64,000 bases of DNA from the human T2T-CHM13v2.0 reference genome, Homo sapiens, in NCBI RefSeq assembly GCF_009914755.1, contig NC_060926.1; one strand, 5' to 3'. The notes beneath the pieces are model-generated. The model had not been told where the DNA came from. It saw only the letters and a program-made list of their open reading frames with translations, and did no database searches. Both the position numbers and the translations under genes were made by a program. How positions within the stretch are numbered: the stretch's first letter is position 1; the number at the start of each line of letters is the position of its first letter. This document shows, piece by piece, positions 42,683 to 58,346 of this stretch.

Positions 42683-43427
42683 GCTGATCTTTCATTGAGT
42701 TTCATTCAACTCTTCCATTAAACTCAATTCCAATTAGCTCTGCCTTCTGTTTTCTTTAAAAGTATAAGGAAGATGACAACCTCTATTTAATACTATATTT
42801 TTAATGGCTTTCAAAAATCACGTAAGTGGTTAAAAGTCCAGAGGGACTCAAGATCAGTGTTCACAGTCTATTAACTTCTAACACATTCTTCCATTATGCT
42901 TTGTGCTTTGAAATATTTGTCTTAAAACACAGTCTTAAAAACTGCATTAATTATAATAATGTCATTTTCTTCTTTTCAGAGTTTTTGTTCCATGTGAGAT
43001 ACCCACGCCACTTTAAAAAACAAACTATCCTGACATCTAATTACTTTGTGAATGATTGTAATGGCAATAACAATAGAGATGGAAGAATTTTGGAAACAAT
43101 ACTAGTTTCACAGCTTTCATGTGAGATGCCAAGGTTTTAGCATCGTCAGATTGGCAATGAGATTGGATAACTTCTGGGGTCTTTTTGAAATTATATCTTT
43201 CTTTTCTCTAGGATCCTACTTCTGGAAAATAAGATTAATACTAATACTAATAAGACACAAAGATTTTTAATGGAAATAGGAATATCTTCAAAGGCTGGAT
43301 GGACATTGCATGCACTGTATGACAACATTCGTGTATAATAAGATCCTTTCCTTAGAGAATGGGGCAAATCCAGATGGAATGTGAGAAAGACTTCAAGGTT
43401 TCAGTGGAATATGCTTATATTGGGAAT

Positions 43428-43850
43428 TGTATTAGTTAAGACTAGGTTTGGCTGCACATGACAGAAAACCCAACATAGTCACTTACACAGGATTAAAACA
43501 TTTCCTTGTCATATGAAAGTCTAGAAGTGGTATGTAGCTCTGGGTGTCAGGGATGAAGATTCCTTCTAACTGGGAACCCAGCTTCCCATTTCAAAGATTG
43601 CTTCATATTCAAAATGGCTGCTGGGTCTCCAGGTATAGAGTCCACCTTCCAGCTAGAAGAACAAAGAACCAAAATGAGGCGTGTTCTCCCCTGTAAGGAT
43701 ACTTTCGTAAGTTGAATAGGATGCTTTCATAAGCATCTCATTGGCCAGACTGGTTAGAACTTAGTAACTGGCCACAATCAGCTGGAAAGAAGGCTGGCAA
43801 ATAGAATATTTAAGGTGGTCACTGTAATCAGCAAAAAAATCATGAGTTAC
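43428..43850 (-). mobile_element. Old MaLR LTR (MLT1J/K-like)
   Basis: TGTATTAGTTAAG...GGCTGC..TGACAGAAAACCCAA; CATCTCATTGGCCAGA. Confidence 0.55.
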
Positions 43851-44163
43851 ATAATATATAGAAAAGGAGAACAAGCACAGAATGACAACTAGCAGTGTCT
43901 GCATATCATTCTTCCAAGCAAATAAATGGAAATAAAAAAAAAAATCTTTACTCCAAGATTCACTTGGCCTTGGTGGAATGAAGAATCAGCATTAACATAC
44001 CTAGTCAATACACAGGGGTTGGCATTCTTTTGATGGAATGTTGAGTCAAGCTGCATAGGTAGGGTCAGTAGACACACCTGCATCTTCAAACAACTAAAAA
44101 TCTCAGACACCTGCTGATCACAGGGATGTGCAGAGAAAGGCACAGATTGACCTGATAAGTTAA

Positions 44164-44549
<386 letters not shown>

Positions 44550-44719
44550 CTGAACTTGCCTTTCTAATAGAGAATTAGAACACGGATTTATCTAGTAATA
44601 GCAATATCTCAAATATTCATAAAGAATGAGGTGATCCACAGGAAAATCCTAGAAATCTGCATAGCACTAACCAAAAATAAGGCATTTGTACTGTTTGAGA
44701 TGATAATGTTAGGGCAGCA

Positions 44720-44968
44720 TGCAATATCCAGAACAGGTAAGCCCAAACAAACAGAAAGCAGATTAGAGGGTGCCAGGGGCAGAGGGGAGAGGAGAATGGC
44801 CATGTCTGGCTAATGGATAGAGGGTTTCCTTTGGGGGTGATGAATATGTTTTGGAACTAGATACAGGTGATGATTGTGCAACATCATGAACATATTGAAT
44901 GCCACTTAATTGTACACTTTAATATGGTTAATTCTGTGTTATGTGAATTTTATCACAATTTAAAAAAA
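44720..44968 (+). mobile_element. L1MB-like 3' end
   Basis: GGGTTTCCTTTGGGGGTGATGAA.ATGTTTTGGAACTAGA...GAATGCCACT.AATTGTACACTTT. Confidence 0.85.
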
Positions 44969-46269
44969 TGAGTTAGGGCAGCATGTACCTACCACACTGT
45001 AGAATGACTGTTACACAAAATGTGTGACATAAACATACAAATGCAGAAAGATTTATGCTAAAAGGGCCAGCTATCCGAAGCCGCCCATTCCCAAACACGT
45101 CAAATTGTCATGATTTAACATAGTACCATCAGACTTAAAACAAGAGACTTTATACGTGGGCATATAATGTGACTGAGGAGTTTTCAAACTTAAGAGCTCA
45201 AATACCTAGTTAGAATTAAATCAGTACAATGTGACCCAGAAAAGTGAGATGAAGCTGACAAAACAAAACAATTAGTTTAAATATCAGGAGATGTTGCCTA
45301 ATGGTGAAGTCAACTATATTCTGAAAAGAGCAGCCAAAGAAAGTTATCCAAATCTTATAATTTGGGTCATTAAACTGGATCTGTAAAAAAGAAAAAGGAT
45401 CTGGAAAATACTCTCTGCACACTAATTTTATACTGGCAAGGGCAGGATACAAAGACAGAATGGGTGTTTTAGTTTCTGGGTCCTATTGCCAATGGTTCTG
45501 CCTTTCTTATGGCTTGCTCATAAAGTCTCAGGTTTGTTTCTGTCATTTCTACTGAAGGATTTATTTTGTGGAGAATTTGAAACATGGAAGATGGAAAAAC
45601 ACTTCAGGAAAAGAAAAGAATTACCTCGAATTAAATTGCTAAAACAAATCAAATTTATATCGCTGTTGGATATTTTTAAAATCTTTGGTCTTGGCATAGA
45701 ATAGTTCTGTGTTTTAACTCATTCTTCTGGTCATTTTAAATTAAAAGCCCAAATAATGATGTTATATAGGGTGAGTAACATTTCAGGTCACATAAACATA
45801 TGACATCACCAGCTTTCCCCATGGATAAACACACTGAAGGAAAATAATGTAAAAAGGAGGGAAGAATGAGTCCATGCATCCACCTCCCCCCAGCCCTCAG
45901 AAAACTTAGCTAAGAAGATGGTTGCCAGAATGAGAAGAGTAGTTCACATTCCTTCTTCATTCAAATATTTCTTTGTTGCTTTTGAAGATAGTAATCAATC
46001 CAGAAGAGTAAAGTCCTTCTAAACTCCTCTCAGAGATTCCTGGTACATGAGGTAGGCTGTGCATTTACACTGGAAAGTAAGGCTCCTAGTGATAATATTA
46101 TAATTGTGGTAGCTAACATTTATTGAGTACTTTCTGAGGCAGAGAGAGATTAATTATGTAACTTGCCCAAAGTTGTATAGCTGGTAAGCTGTGATTCTGG
46201 GCTAAGCGCCTAAACAGTTTGAACATCAACTACTTAGCCAATCTGCCTTCTGGAACAGAATAAATATGA

Positions 46270-47600
46270 ACACTTAGCCATACCTAGATGATCAGAGAAG
46301 GCTTCCTGGTAAAGGTGCAGCTCCCAATACAAGATTGTGTCCAGTTCAATAGATGAAGAAGAGGTAGAAGTCAGGCCCAGAACAGAGAATAACATGAGCA
46401 AATGTTCCAGCCTATGAAACAGTATGGTATGTCCAGATAATCACAAGCCATTGTGTGTTATTGAGCTTTGAGGCAGAAAATAGATGAGTTTGGATTTATA
46501 AAGAAGAGTCAGATTGTAGATGACTTTTATGTTGTGCAATGAAGCTTGCATTTTATTCTAGGGATAAGAGACTGCTGAAAGATTTTTAAATGAGGAAATT
46601 TAAAGGTTTTTAGATAGATTCCTTTGGTGATAGCGTGGAGGATGTGAAGTTGGGGGAAGGCAAGATTGGAATTAAGGCAATCAGCTGGGGACTATTGCAA
46701 TCATTTAGGTGAAAAAAGACAAGGATATAAATTATGGTGCTGAAAGGTGGGAACAAATTGAAGGAGCATTTGGGAGGGGAATCAGTATGATACAGTGAAT
46801 ATAGGGAACGAGCAAATGTAAAGAATAATTATCAGGTTTCTCTGATGGTGGTAACTTGGATAATACAGAAAAAGGAGCAGGTGGGGCTGAGATAAATTCA
46901 TTTTGGAGTATTGTGGGTTTGAGGGAGGTCTGTGAAACATCCAACTGGAACTGTTTGGGTCTGGGAGCTGTTGGGAGCTGTTTGCAGACCTCTGGGTCTG
47001 CAAATTTAAAATTCAAGGAAAAGTTCAGGGCCAGAGCCACAGATTTGTGAGTCATCCATTCACTCACTGAATAAACATTCAAAAAAAAAAAAAAAGAAAA
47101 AAAAAACAGCTTGCTTCAAGAGCAAAGAGGACCTTATAAGTCCTGTTAAGGAATTTTCAGCCTTTCCTGTACTTAGCAAGGAATGAATGATGAGATTAAG
47201 CAGCAGAGAAATACGTTGAAACTCATATTTTTAAAAGATCACTCTGACAAATATAGGGAGATAGCAGTTAGCCCAAGTATGGAGAAGTAAGGCCAGGGAA
47301 AGTGCATGGAATAATAGCATAATATAAGCAGCAACTCTAGGAGGGGAACTTCATATCATCAATATGGGCAAAGAAAGGAAAATCCACAGAGGAGACCAAG
47401 CTGGAAAGATTGAGAGAGGAGGCAATATCCTAGACATCTAGGGAGTAGGGTACCAAGAAGGACAAAGTAGTTGACAAGTCAAATAAATCAAAGTGAGGGG
47501 CACTGTAAGATAAATAGTGAGTTGTGTCCATGGTGCCAAATGATAAGGATTTCCCTGGTGAATTTTGCAAAGCTGCAAATAGCTGCAATAAATGGAGGAG
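46270..47600 (-). mobile_element. L2 fragments
   Basis: ATCAGAGAAGGCTTCCTGG, TTTTAAAAGATCACTCTG and similar antisense L2 motifs. Confidence 0.55.
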
Positions 47601-47619
47601 TGAATAGTGAACACTAAAA

Positions 47620-48716
<1,097 letters not shown>

Positions 48717-50639
48717 AGTAATATTAATTTTTTAAAGAAAGAGTATAAACTACTCTTTAAAGAAGCATCATTTTAATAGAAAGAAGAGAGCCAAAGGATA
48801 TTTGTCTTAAGATGAAAGAGACTTGGGCATTTTTATAGACTGAGAAGAAGGGTGCATCATTGGGAAAAAAAAAAAAAAGGTGCTTAAAGATAAAGAAGAC
48901 TGATAAAGAGGCAGGAGAAGGAGTTGGCTTTAAACACGTTGACTTCTCTTACTGCCACTTTTCAGGCCTAAATTATACAATATCTTTCCAATATAAAAAA
49001 GTTTTGTATTTTTCGAGGTTTCAGCTAAATGTGTTTGAGCTAAATGGGTTTAGCATGGATATACCATATGGATATTTGAGGTAAATGGATTTAGCATGGA
49101 TATATCCATTTGGATCTATCATAGACTAATCCTTGTTTTGGACTATGAATTCCAGTCTTCTTATTTGTACTTCTCTTCTGCGCTTGTTGAATATTTGTGG
49201 CCTGTTTCTGTTAGGGGCATCCATGGGTTTGATGGATGTATTGCTTTGCCTCCTTCCAGATCTTTCCCTGCTCAAAGTCACTGCAAATCCGAGATGCCCT
49301 CCATGGCAGCCTGCTTCCCACAACTTGAAACATTGTTGTTTTACATTAATGTTTGCCTAGGGTTACTAGTTCACAACAAATGTGAAAAAAAAAATGCTAG
49401 TACTTGCTGACAGGGTCATGGAGGAATTTCTGAAGAGAACATCTGTCAGAGGGAAGACTCGCCTTCCACAGATGCAGCACAGCCTTCTTTCTGTGAAGAC
49501 ACGGGATTTCTGTGAAATCCTACTGGGGATTTCACCTACTGGGTGAAGGACCTACTGGGGGCTTAGTAGGTCCTGAATATCGGGCTGTGGTGATGGTGGT
49601 GGAAGCAGAAATGCAAGCCCCCACAGTTACTTTTATCAGTGAAGTAGAAAGTCATTTTATTCTCAAAGGAAAATAGAAAGCTCAGAAGCAGTATAGAATG
49701 TAAAAGGAAAAGAACGGAGGAAAGGAAAAAGGTCTTTTAAAGAAGGGTCACTGTGGAGTGTGAATCAGATTCTTAGTGACCTTAAAGAGGTGTGAATTCT
49801 ACTAAAATTATTTTTATTTCCTTTTGCTCACTTGACAATATTATTTTTATTGTTATGTTGATTTGAGAGTCAGCCACATGGGGCCTTGTGATTATTTGGC
49901 CTTTACATGGTAAAAGTAAAAGAGGTAAATTTGTCATTTTCTTCTTTTCTTAAAATATATATATATATTTTACAGGTAGACAAGCTGCAAAGTTTCATAA
50001 AGTCTCAACAACGGCCAACATGGAAATTGGAAAAGTTAGAACAAATAGACCAAGCCTGGGGAAATTTACTGAACTCTGGGGCTCCCTTCCAAGTATGGTG
50101 ATCGGTAACCCAAATTAAACTCACTAAGGTGTCCTGAAAAAAATGGGGTCAATAAAAGATAATGTCAATCTGGAACACACCCTCTGAATTGGGACTAAAC
50201 CCCAAGCCAATGAATGGAGAATGAGCAACAAGTTATAGCTCCAGGGGCCTGGTAAGAGTGAAGAAGGGAAAAGTCTACAGAAAAAGTAATAGTTCAGGGA
50301 AGACTTTATCTTAGCAGGAGCAGAAGAAGGGATGAAGTTAAATCCATCCACTGGGACAGGCCAGGTTTGCTGGTGATTAGAGGAGAAGCCTGCTGTTTAG
50401 CCATTCTGCTTTGTATAGAGTCTACTTACACAGCTTCAGACTTAGGATTGGGTTGCCAAGAAGGTGGGGACATGCAGACACCAAAATGTGCTGCGTCTCT
50501 CTCTGTCTCTCTGTATCCTCCTACCCACATGATGTCCACTGCCCTTTTTGCAGAACTGCATTCTGGTTTGGCAATATCCCATGTCTTGGACTTTTGCCAA
50601 TTGTCTCTTCTTTGCCTCATTTAAAGCTTTCTCTCTCCC

Positions 50640-50891
50640 TTTTTTTTTTTTTTTTTTAGATGGAGTCTCTGTTGCCAGGCTGGAGTGCAGTGACATGATC
50701 TCACTGCAACCTCCGCCTCCCAGGTGCAAGTGATTCTCCTGCCTCAGCCTCCTGAGTAGCTGGGATTACTGGAGTGCACCACCACACCCAGCTAATTTTC
50801 GTATTTTTAGTAGAGATGGGGTTTCACAATGTTGGCCAGGATGGTCTCAATCTCTTGACCTCGTGATCCGCCCACCTCGGCTTCCCAAAGG
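50640..50891 (-). mobile_element. AluSc-like, 5'-truncated
   Basis: GGCCAGGATGGTCTCAATCTCTTGACCTCGTGATCC. Confidence 0.9.
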
Positions 50892-51834
50892 CATTCTCTC
50901 TTTATTCCCCAATATAGTCCCTCAAGGTCTTGCCAAAGGCCTGGTTAGAAAGATTAAAAAAGAAAAAAACACACACACAGAAAAGAAATGAGTCTAAAGG
51001 CTGTTATCCCTGTGGGTTAATCCTCCTAGATAACACTGACATTTTAACAAATGCTTTTAGTGCTAAAGAGGAAATATGTGGGAAAGTTTTTAGGCATGGG
51101 CCAGGTGAATGGAATAGCCATTTATCAAAACATTTATTAGATGTGTGTACTTCTAAAATGATGCCATGCAGATTGTTGCCTAATTTGTAGATCTAGTTCG
51201 TGCATCCTCCATCTCTCTCTCTCTATTTCTCTTTCTCTTTCTGTTTGTCCCTTTCTTTCTGTCTGTCTCTCTGCCTCTATAGCTCTATTGCCCTAACTAT
51301 CTCTTTTCAGTGAAATATACTTCTCCCCTGCCATACAAAAGTATTGTATTACTGCATATTCTTCAGTATTCCCATATAGATTTTATGATAACAATTCTCT
51401 GAAATGTGTAGATTTGCTCGATTCTGTTATACAGTCAGACGTGTGTAACTATTTTATGCATGCGTAAAAGGAGTGAGTATTCTCCCAATTGTTGGGTGGA
51501 GTGCTTATTAAATCAAGTATATTAATTGTGTTTTCAAATCTTCTATATCTTTTTGACTTTTTGTTCTTTGATATATGAATTGTGGGTGGAGGCGTGGTAA
51601 AATCTCTCACCACAACAGATTTTAAAATTTCTCCTTATATTTCTGTAAATTTTTGCTTTATATATCTTGAAGTTATGTTATTCGGTGCCTATAAGTTTAT
51701 ATCTGACACTTCTTTCATGTGAACCAAAATCTTTTATCATTATATGTTAACGCTATTTATTGGCAGTAATATTATTTTGTCTGATAATTATATAGTTACA
51801 CCTGCTACATATTTATAGTATTTGCCTAATATAT

Positions 51835-52635
51835 TCATTACTTACTGATACATAACAAATTGCCCTTAACCAGTAGTGGCTCAAAACAATAATTCACATT
51901 TATTATCCTCTCAGACACTGTGAGTTAATAATTCTGGAGAGACTTAGCTGGGCAGTTCCAGCTTGGAGTTGGAGTTAAGGTGTTGGCTGAGAAAAGTCAT
52001 TTGAATGCCTGATTAGAGCCAGAGCATGTGCTTTTAACATGATTCAATCACATGACTGGCAAGTTGGTGCTAGTTGTTGGCAAGAGGTTTCAGTGGCCTC
52101 TCCACAGGCTGCTTGAGTGTTCTCACGACATGGTGGTTAGATTCCTTTAGGCAAGTGATGCAAAACAGATGGTCAAGTGGAATATCTTTTTCATGATATC
52201 ACTTTACCAGTTCCACCAATTTTTGTTAGAACGGTCAGAGTCAAGGGGAGAGAAACTAGATGCTACTTTTTTTTTTCTTTCTTCTTTAAGACAGTGTCTT
52301 GCTCTGTTGCCTAGACTGAAGCACAGTGGTGCAATCACAGCTCATTGCAGCCTCGACCTCCCAGGCTCAAGTGATCTTCCCACCTCAGCCTCCTGAGTAG
52401 CTGTAACTACAGGCATGTGCCACCACATCTGGCTAATTTTTGTATGTTTTGTAGAGAAGAGTTTTCACCATGTTGCCCAGGTTGATCTCAAACTTCTGGG
52501 CTCAAGCAATCACCTGCCCCAGGCTCCCAAAGTGCTGGGATCACAGGCATGGGCCCCGGTGCCCAGCCTCTGGTTGCTACCTTTTGAAAGGGAAAGTGTC
52601 AAATAATTTGCATATGTCTTTTACATCTACCATAA
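51835..52635 (-). mobile_element. MaLR LTR (MLT1H/G-like) split by AluJ
   Basis: CATAACAAATTGCCC..AGTGGCTCAAAACAA; CTCTCCACAGG.CTGCTTGAGTGT.CTCAC.ACATGG. Confidence 0.65.
52266..52568 (-). mobile_element. AluJ
   Basis: CACAGCTCATTGCAGCCTCGACCTCCCAGGCTCAAG. Confidence 0.9.
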
Positions 52636-53589
52636 TGGTCTTTTGATATTCTTTTACTTTCCATCTTATTGTGTTCTTATGTTTTAGGTACACCTCTTGT
52701 AAATGAATATAGCTGGAATTTTATTCCAATGTAATAGCTTTTATCTTTTAACTGGAAAATGTAGCCCATTTATATTATTTGTTGACTGCTAATAAATTAG
52801 GATTAATTTTTAACACTTTTTTCTTAAATGTTTTACTTTCTTCATAGTTCCTGTATTTCTTTTTTTCTCTCTCCCTCCTTTCTTGCCACCTTTTGAAATT
52901 ATTTTTCCCTACATTTAAAAATTTCCTCTCTGCTCATTTTGCAGCTTTACATTCTATTTATATTCTCTTACTGGTTACTCTATGCAACTTAGCGTGCATA
53001 TTTAACTTCAAATTCTTAAGTAAATCAATATCTTCCTTATAAATTTATGTTCATTAGAACTTTGTCTGTAGGATTTAAGAATTGGGTTTTAAACAAACTT
53101 TTCCAGAGATTTGTATTTGCTTGCTCCTTAAGGCAGCACCAATATAAGACCACTTTAAAGTTGGGGTTGGGGACCACGCATATAGTGTGAATTCAGCACA
53201 CAAATCTATTTAAGAGACTGTGATTAGGAATTCTCAGAAGACACTTCCTGTTTTCATTAGTACAAGTTTCTATATTTTTCTTTTTGCTTTTTTGCATTGT
53301 TGTTCTCTCTTGTTTTAGTTCATCCTTTAACTAAAGGTGCTCTTTGAGGGTCAGAGGTCTTATGTAAGAAGAGAAAACTTTCCAATCTGATTTCTCCCTA
53401 GTGTGAACATTGGTCTCGGCTGCCTCTTTCCTCCCCAAAATTGGCCCATTGAAATCTGTAGAATACCAAGGATTGCCATTGCTTATCTCTTTAGACTTGT
53501 GACTTCTTGCTTTTTTTTACTTTTAAAGACTTCCTTATTTTCTTGTCAGCTTAGCCATATGCTTAAAAGAATTTTTAAAACTATGTTAA

Positions 53590-53940
53590 CTAGGGAAGTT
53601 TCAAAATACTTTGCAAATAGAACTAACATTGAAGCCATACTGACAAGAGAGTGGTAGAAACTTGCAGCCTGAATTTAACCAGGCTGATTGTTTGCTAAAA
53701 CAAAAACATTGACATTCTTTATAGGATTCAAATAAGACCCAGGGCCTAAGAACATAATATTTAAAATTCCAAGGATACAATTCAAAATTACATGGTCTAT
53801 GAAAAAACAAAAGAAATCTCAATTTACATGGGAAAAGGACAGTCAACAGACATCAATTCTATAATGACACAGATGTTGGAATTGTTTGAGAAAGACTTTA
53901 ATCAGCTACTATAAAATGCTCCAAAAAGTAAGGACAATAC
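53590..53940 (+). mobile_element. Old L1M 5'/ORF1-start fragment
   Basis: CCAAGGATACAATTCAAAATTAC...GATGTTGGAATT...AAAGACTTTAA.CAGCTA.TATAA. Confidence 0.6.
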
Positions 53941-54258
53941 ACACACTCCTCTGGCTGAGGAGATCTGCTGGACCCTGCTCACTCCCACTGCATTGGGTAA
54001 CTGTGATGACTCTTAGGAGCTCAGCTTACAAAGCCCAGGACAAGATTCCCTGTAAGACCATTTTCAGTTCTAAAGTTCAATGAACTAAATCTTAAAGGCA
54101 TGAGAGTGGAAGGAATCATGCCATTCCTTCATGACATACAGCAGAGGCATTCCTGGAGAAGAAGGAAAAAAGACCTTTCAGCTGTGTCATAATTACTGTA
54201 TAAAAATGTCTATACACCTCAGAAGGAAAGAAGACAAGGATGAATTATAAATTAGAGT

Positions 54259-54600
54259 CTGTATCAGTCAGGATACTTTCTACTGAAGTTAACAGAAGAC
54301 TCCACTAGAAATGGCTAAAGAAATGGCAATTTGTTATTTCCTATAACAAGAAGGCAAAGATGAATCAGCGACTAACTGACCTTGTCAAGGACCTGGGTGC
54401 TTCCTCCTTTCCTTGCTCTGCCATCCTTAGCAGAGCAAATTATTTTGGCAGGCAGACAAGTCTTATGTTATTGCAAGATGATTCAGTAATCTCTTATGCA
54501 AAAATGATCACATCCAGTGAAGAAGAGGAGCACTGCTTTCCATGTGGCCTTTCTGGGAAAGAAAAAAATGACTTTAAAGGAGAAGTTCCATGACTTCTAC
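54259..54600 (-). mobile_element. Old MaLR LTR (MLT1K-like)
   Basis: TGTATCAGTCAGGATAC.TT...TAACAGAA; TTGCTCTGCCATCCTTAGC; CAAGATG. Confidence 0.5.
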
Positions 54601-54624
54601 CATTTGCAATAAAAATGAGAACTG

Positions 54625-54984
<360 letters not shown>

Positions 54985-55126
54985 TTAACTCCTGTCTTTT
55001 TAAGGTCCTGTCTTTGTAAAATGTATCAGTCAGAGTCTCAGCAACTAACAGATAGCATACTCAGATTAGGATAATCTGAGAAGAGTTTCATAAAGGGACA
55101 ACTGTATTTTAAAAGATACAAGCAGA

Positions 55127-55455
<329 letters not shown>

Positions 55456-55562
55456 TCAATACTCCAGGGCTTCCACAATTCTCTCCACTCCCATACACAC
55501 TTGAAGAGAAGAGAAAGGGATGGAGGGAAGATTACTAGAACTGGAAGGAGAGAGTCATAGAG

Positions 55563-55958
55563 CAGGAGTCAGCAAACTTTTTCTGTCAAGGACAGGAGAG
55601 TAAATATTTCAGTCTTTGCAGGCTTTGTTTCCCTCTCGACTGCTCAGCTCTGCCATGGTAACACAAAAGCAGCCATAGACAATATGTAAACGTATGAGTG
55701 TAAACTTTATTTACAGATACTGGAATTTGAATTTTATGCAATTTTCGTGTACCACGTGAGGTGGAGGTTGCAGTGAGTTGACACTGCGCCACTGCACTCC
55801 AGCCTGGGTGACAGAGCAAGACTCTGTCTCAAAAAATAAAAATAAATAAAAATTAAACAATTTTTATCAACCACTTAAAAATGCATGTAGCTGACAGGCC
55901 ATGCAAAACATGGTGGGCTGGGTTTGGTTCATGGATCATGATTTATCCATCTCTCCTG
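55563..55958. mobile_element. MER58B containing an Alu 3' fragment (55757-55852)
   Basis: CAGGAGTCAGCAAACTTTTTCTGT...AAAGCAGCCATAGACAATATGTAAAC...CAACCACTTAAAAATG. Confidence 0.85.
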
Positions 55959-56781
55959 TCAAGAGGAGCTGTGAACATCAGCCAAGGGAAGCAGCCACCC
56001 TTAGGGACACTGTAGGGGAGAAGCCACAGGAATAAATACGCTGACCTCATTCTCTTCTCATTAAAAAATTCAACCAGAAGCCAAACAGTAAGCAAACTCA
56101 TTAACATGCTCCATATAGGTTATCCTCCCAAGCAGAGAGCTGGGTGGAGAAGGGTAGAGAGAGCATCTGGAGGGTTGAACAGGAGACACCTGGCACAGCA
56201 CTTTCCATGTTGCCAGTTTACTACTGTATGTTTTCTTTAGTAGCTCATAAACTCGTAGAAGAAAACAGAGCAAAAGGTTGTTTGCTGTGCTTTATTCTTC
56301 GGGGGCAATAAGGCAGAGAGACAGGAGTAAGACTGTGTCCTATCCTGAAACCAGACAGGACAACTCCAAGGGACAAGATAGGATGACATCAGCTCTAATG
56401 AGAAGTGGAAAACAAGTCAAACCCTTGGCATCTCGAGCAAAGGAAAAAGGAAAGACAGGCACTGGATGGGGCCTGCCAGATGCTTCTGATGTTGAATAAG
56501 GGAGAAGGGGGAAGCTACATGTTGCTCGTGTGTAAAATCATTTCTTGATAACCCTTAATAACCCGGGTACCATCTACCTCTCCTTTGAAGCTCTGCAGAA
56601 TTAGGGGCCTATTTTATAGCAGATTTGGGGCTATAAATTTTTTTTAGTATATATCTCATTTCACTATATTTATTAGAAGTTTCTTGCATGCAAGTGGTAG
56701 AATACAACTCAAATCAGCTTAAGTCTTAAAATGAAAATTAAAGGAAGGATTCTGAGTTATAGTCTAATGAAAGGTTGACTA

Positions 56782-57108
56782 GGCCAGGTGGGGGGCCCAT
56801 GCCTATAATCCTAGCACTTTGGAAAGCTGAGGCAGAAGGATTCCTTGAGCCCAGGAGTTGGAGACCAACCTGGGCAACATAGTGAGACATCATCTCTGGA
56901 AATAATTTTTTAAAATTATCTGGGCCTGGTGGCACACACCTGTAGTCCCAACTATTCAAGAGTCTGAGATGGGAGGTTGAGCCTGTGAGGTCAAGGCTGC
57001 AGTGAGCTGAGATCGCACCATTGCACTCCAGCCTGGGTGACAGAACAAGACCCTGTCTCAAAAAAAAAAAAAAAGAAAAGAGAAAAAAGAAACAACAAAA
57101 GAAAAAGA
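56782..57108 (+). mobile_element. AluJ
   Basis: CTTGAGCCCAGGAGTT, GAGGTCAAGGCTGCAGTGAG. Confidence 0.9.
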
Positions 57109-57388
57109 TGACTAAGCCTAGAATGGCAAGGAGCAGACAGCTCTCAAATTCCTGGAAAATGGGGATATGCACACTACCAAATCCTCTCTATCTCATCTGT
57201 GATTCTTTCTCTTTGTTAATATAATTTTCTCAGTGCAGAGCAGCTTTCTCTCCAAGGTATAAAACCTGGATCCCAGTTTTACATCATGTAGCCAAAATTC
57301 TCAAGAAAAGGAATCTGGTCTCATTTGGATCACGTGATCATTCATGGACCAATCAACCATGGTTGAATGGTAGCTGGGAGCTTATTAA

Positions 57389-57699
<311 letters not shown>

Positions 57700-58155
57700 G
57701 TCTCATAGGTATCTGTTCCTCATATTTCTGCATGTGAGAACTTGAGGGCAGGACTTTTCCTATTTTTGTCTCCACAGGACCCAGCACAACGTCTTGCACA
57801 TGGCCCTCCATCAGTATTTTTGGAATGAAAAAATTGCTTTTGTCAGTGACATTTCCCTTAGATCAGGGGAAACTTACATGCTCTGGATAATATTTCAAAA
57901 TTTTCCTATTAGTTAAGATTATCTCATAACTCTTCTCCTATTTTTAAAACTTTAAAAGTCTTATTAATGCAGTTGACTATAATCATTAAAGCACAATTTT
58001 TGAAATAAAGCAAATTCTGATACCAAATACTGGATCAACCAAGATAAAAAGGAGAATAGCTATCATGTCAGATTACCCTCCACTTTGAGTGTTCATGATT
58101 TAATTACCAGATGGCTACCAACTGATTATTAAATCAGTTGGGTGGAGAAGGATTG

Positions 58156-58346
58156 GACTGGGTTTATACCTAGCCAAATCCTTTCACCTAACGTGACAAG
58201 TAGAAGTAAAACTAAGATAATCCCAAAAACCTCAACCAGATTTTAAGTCTGTTGATTGGATTTATACCTATCCAAATCCTTTCAGTTAATATGACAAATA
58301 GAAGTAAAACTAAGACGATACCCAAAACCTCAACCAGATTTCAAGT
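58156..58346. repeat. Tandem duplication, 98-bp period, two copies
   Basis: TTTATACCTA.CCAAATCCTTTCA...TAGAAGTAAAACTAAGA...AAAACCTCAACCAGATTT occurs twice. Confidence 0.95.

Larger units (their letters stand above)
51400..53050 (-). mobile_element. Old L1M fragment interrupted by an MLT1 LTR and an AluJ
   Basis: TTTTTGCTTTATATATCTTGAAG.TATGTTATT.GGTGC; CTTTTAACTGGA...GCCCATTTAT. Confidence 0.6.
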
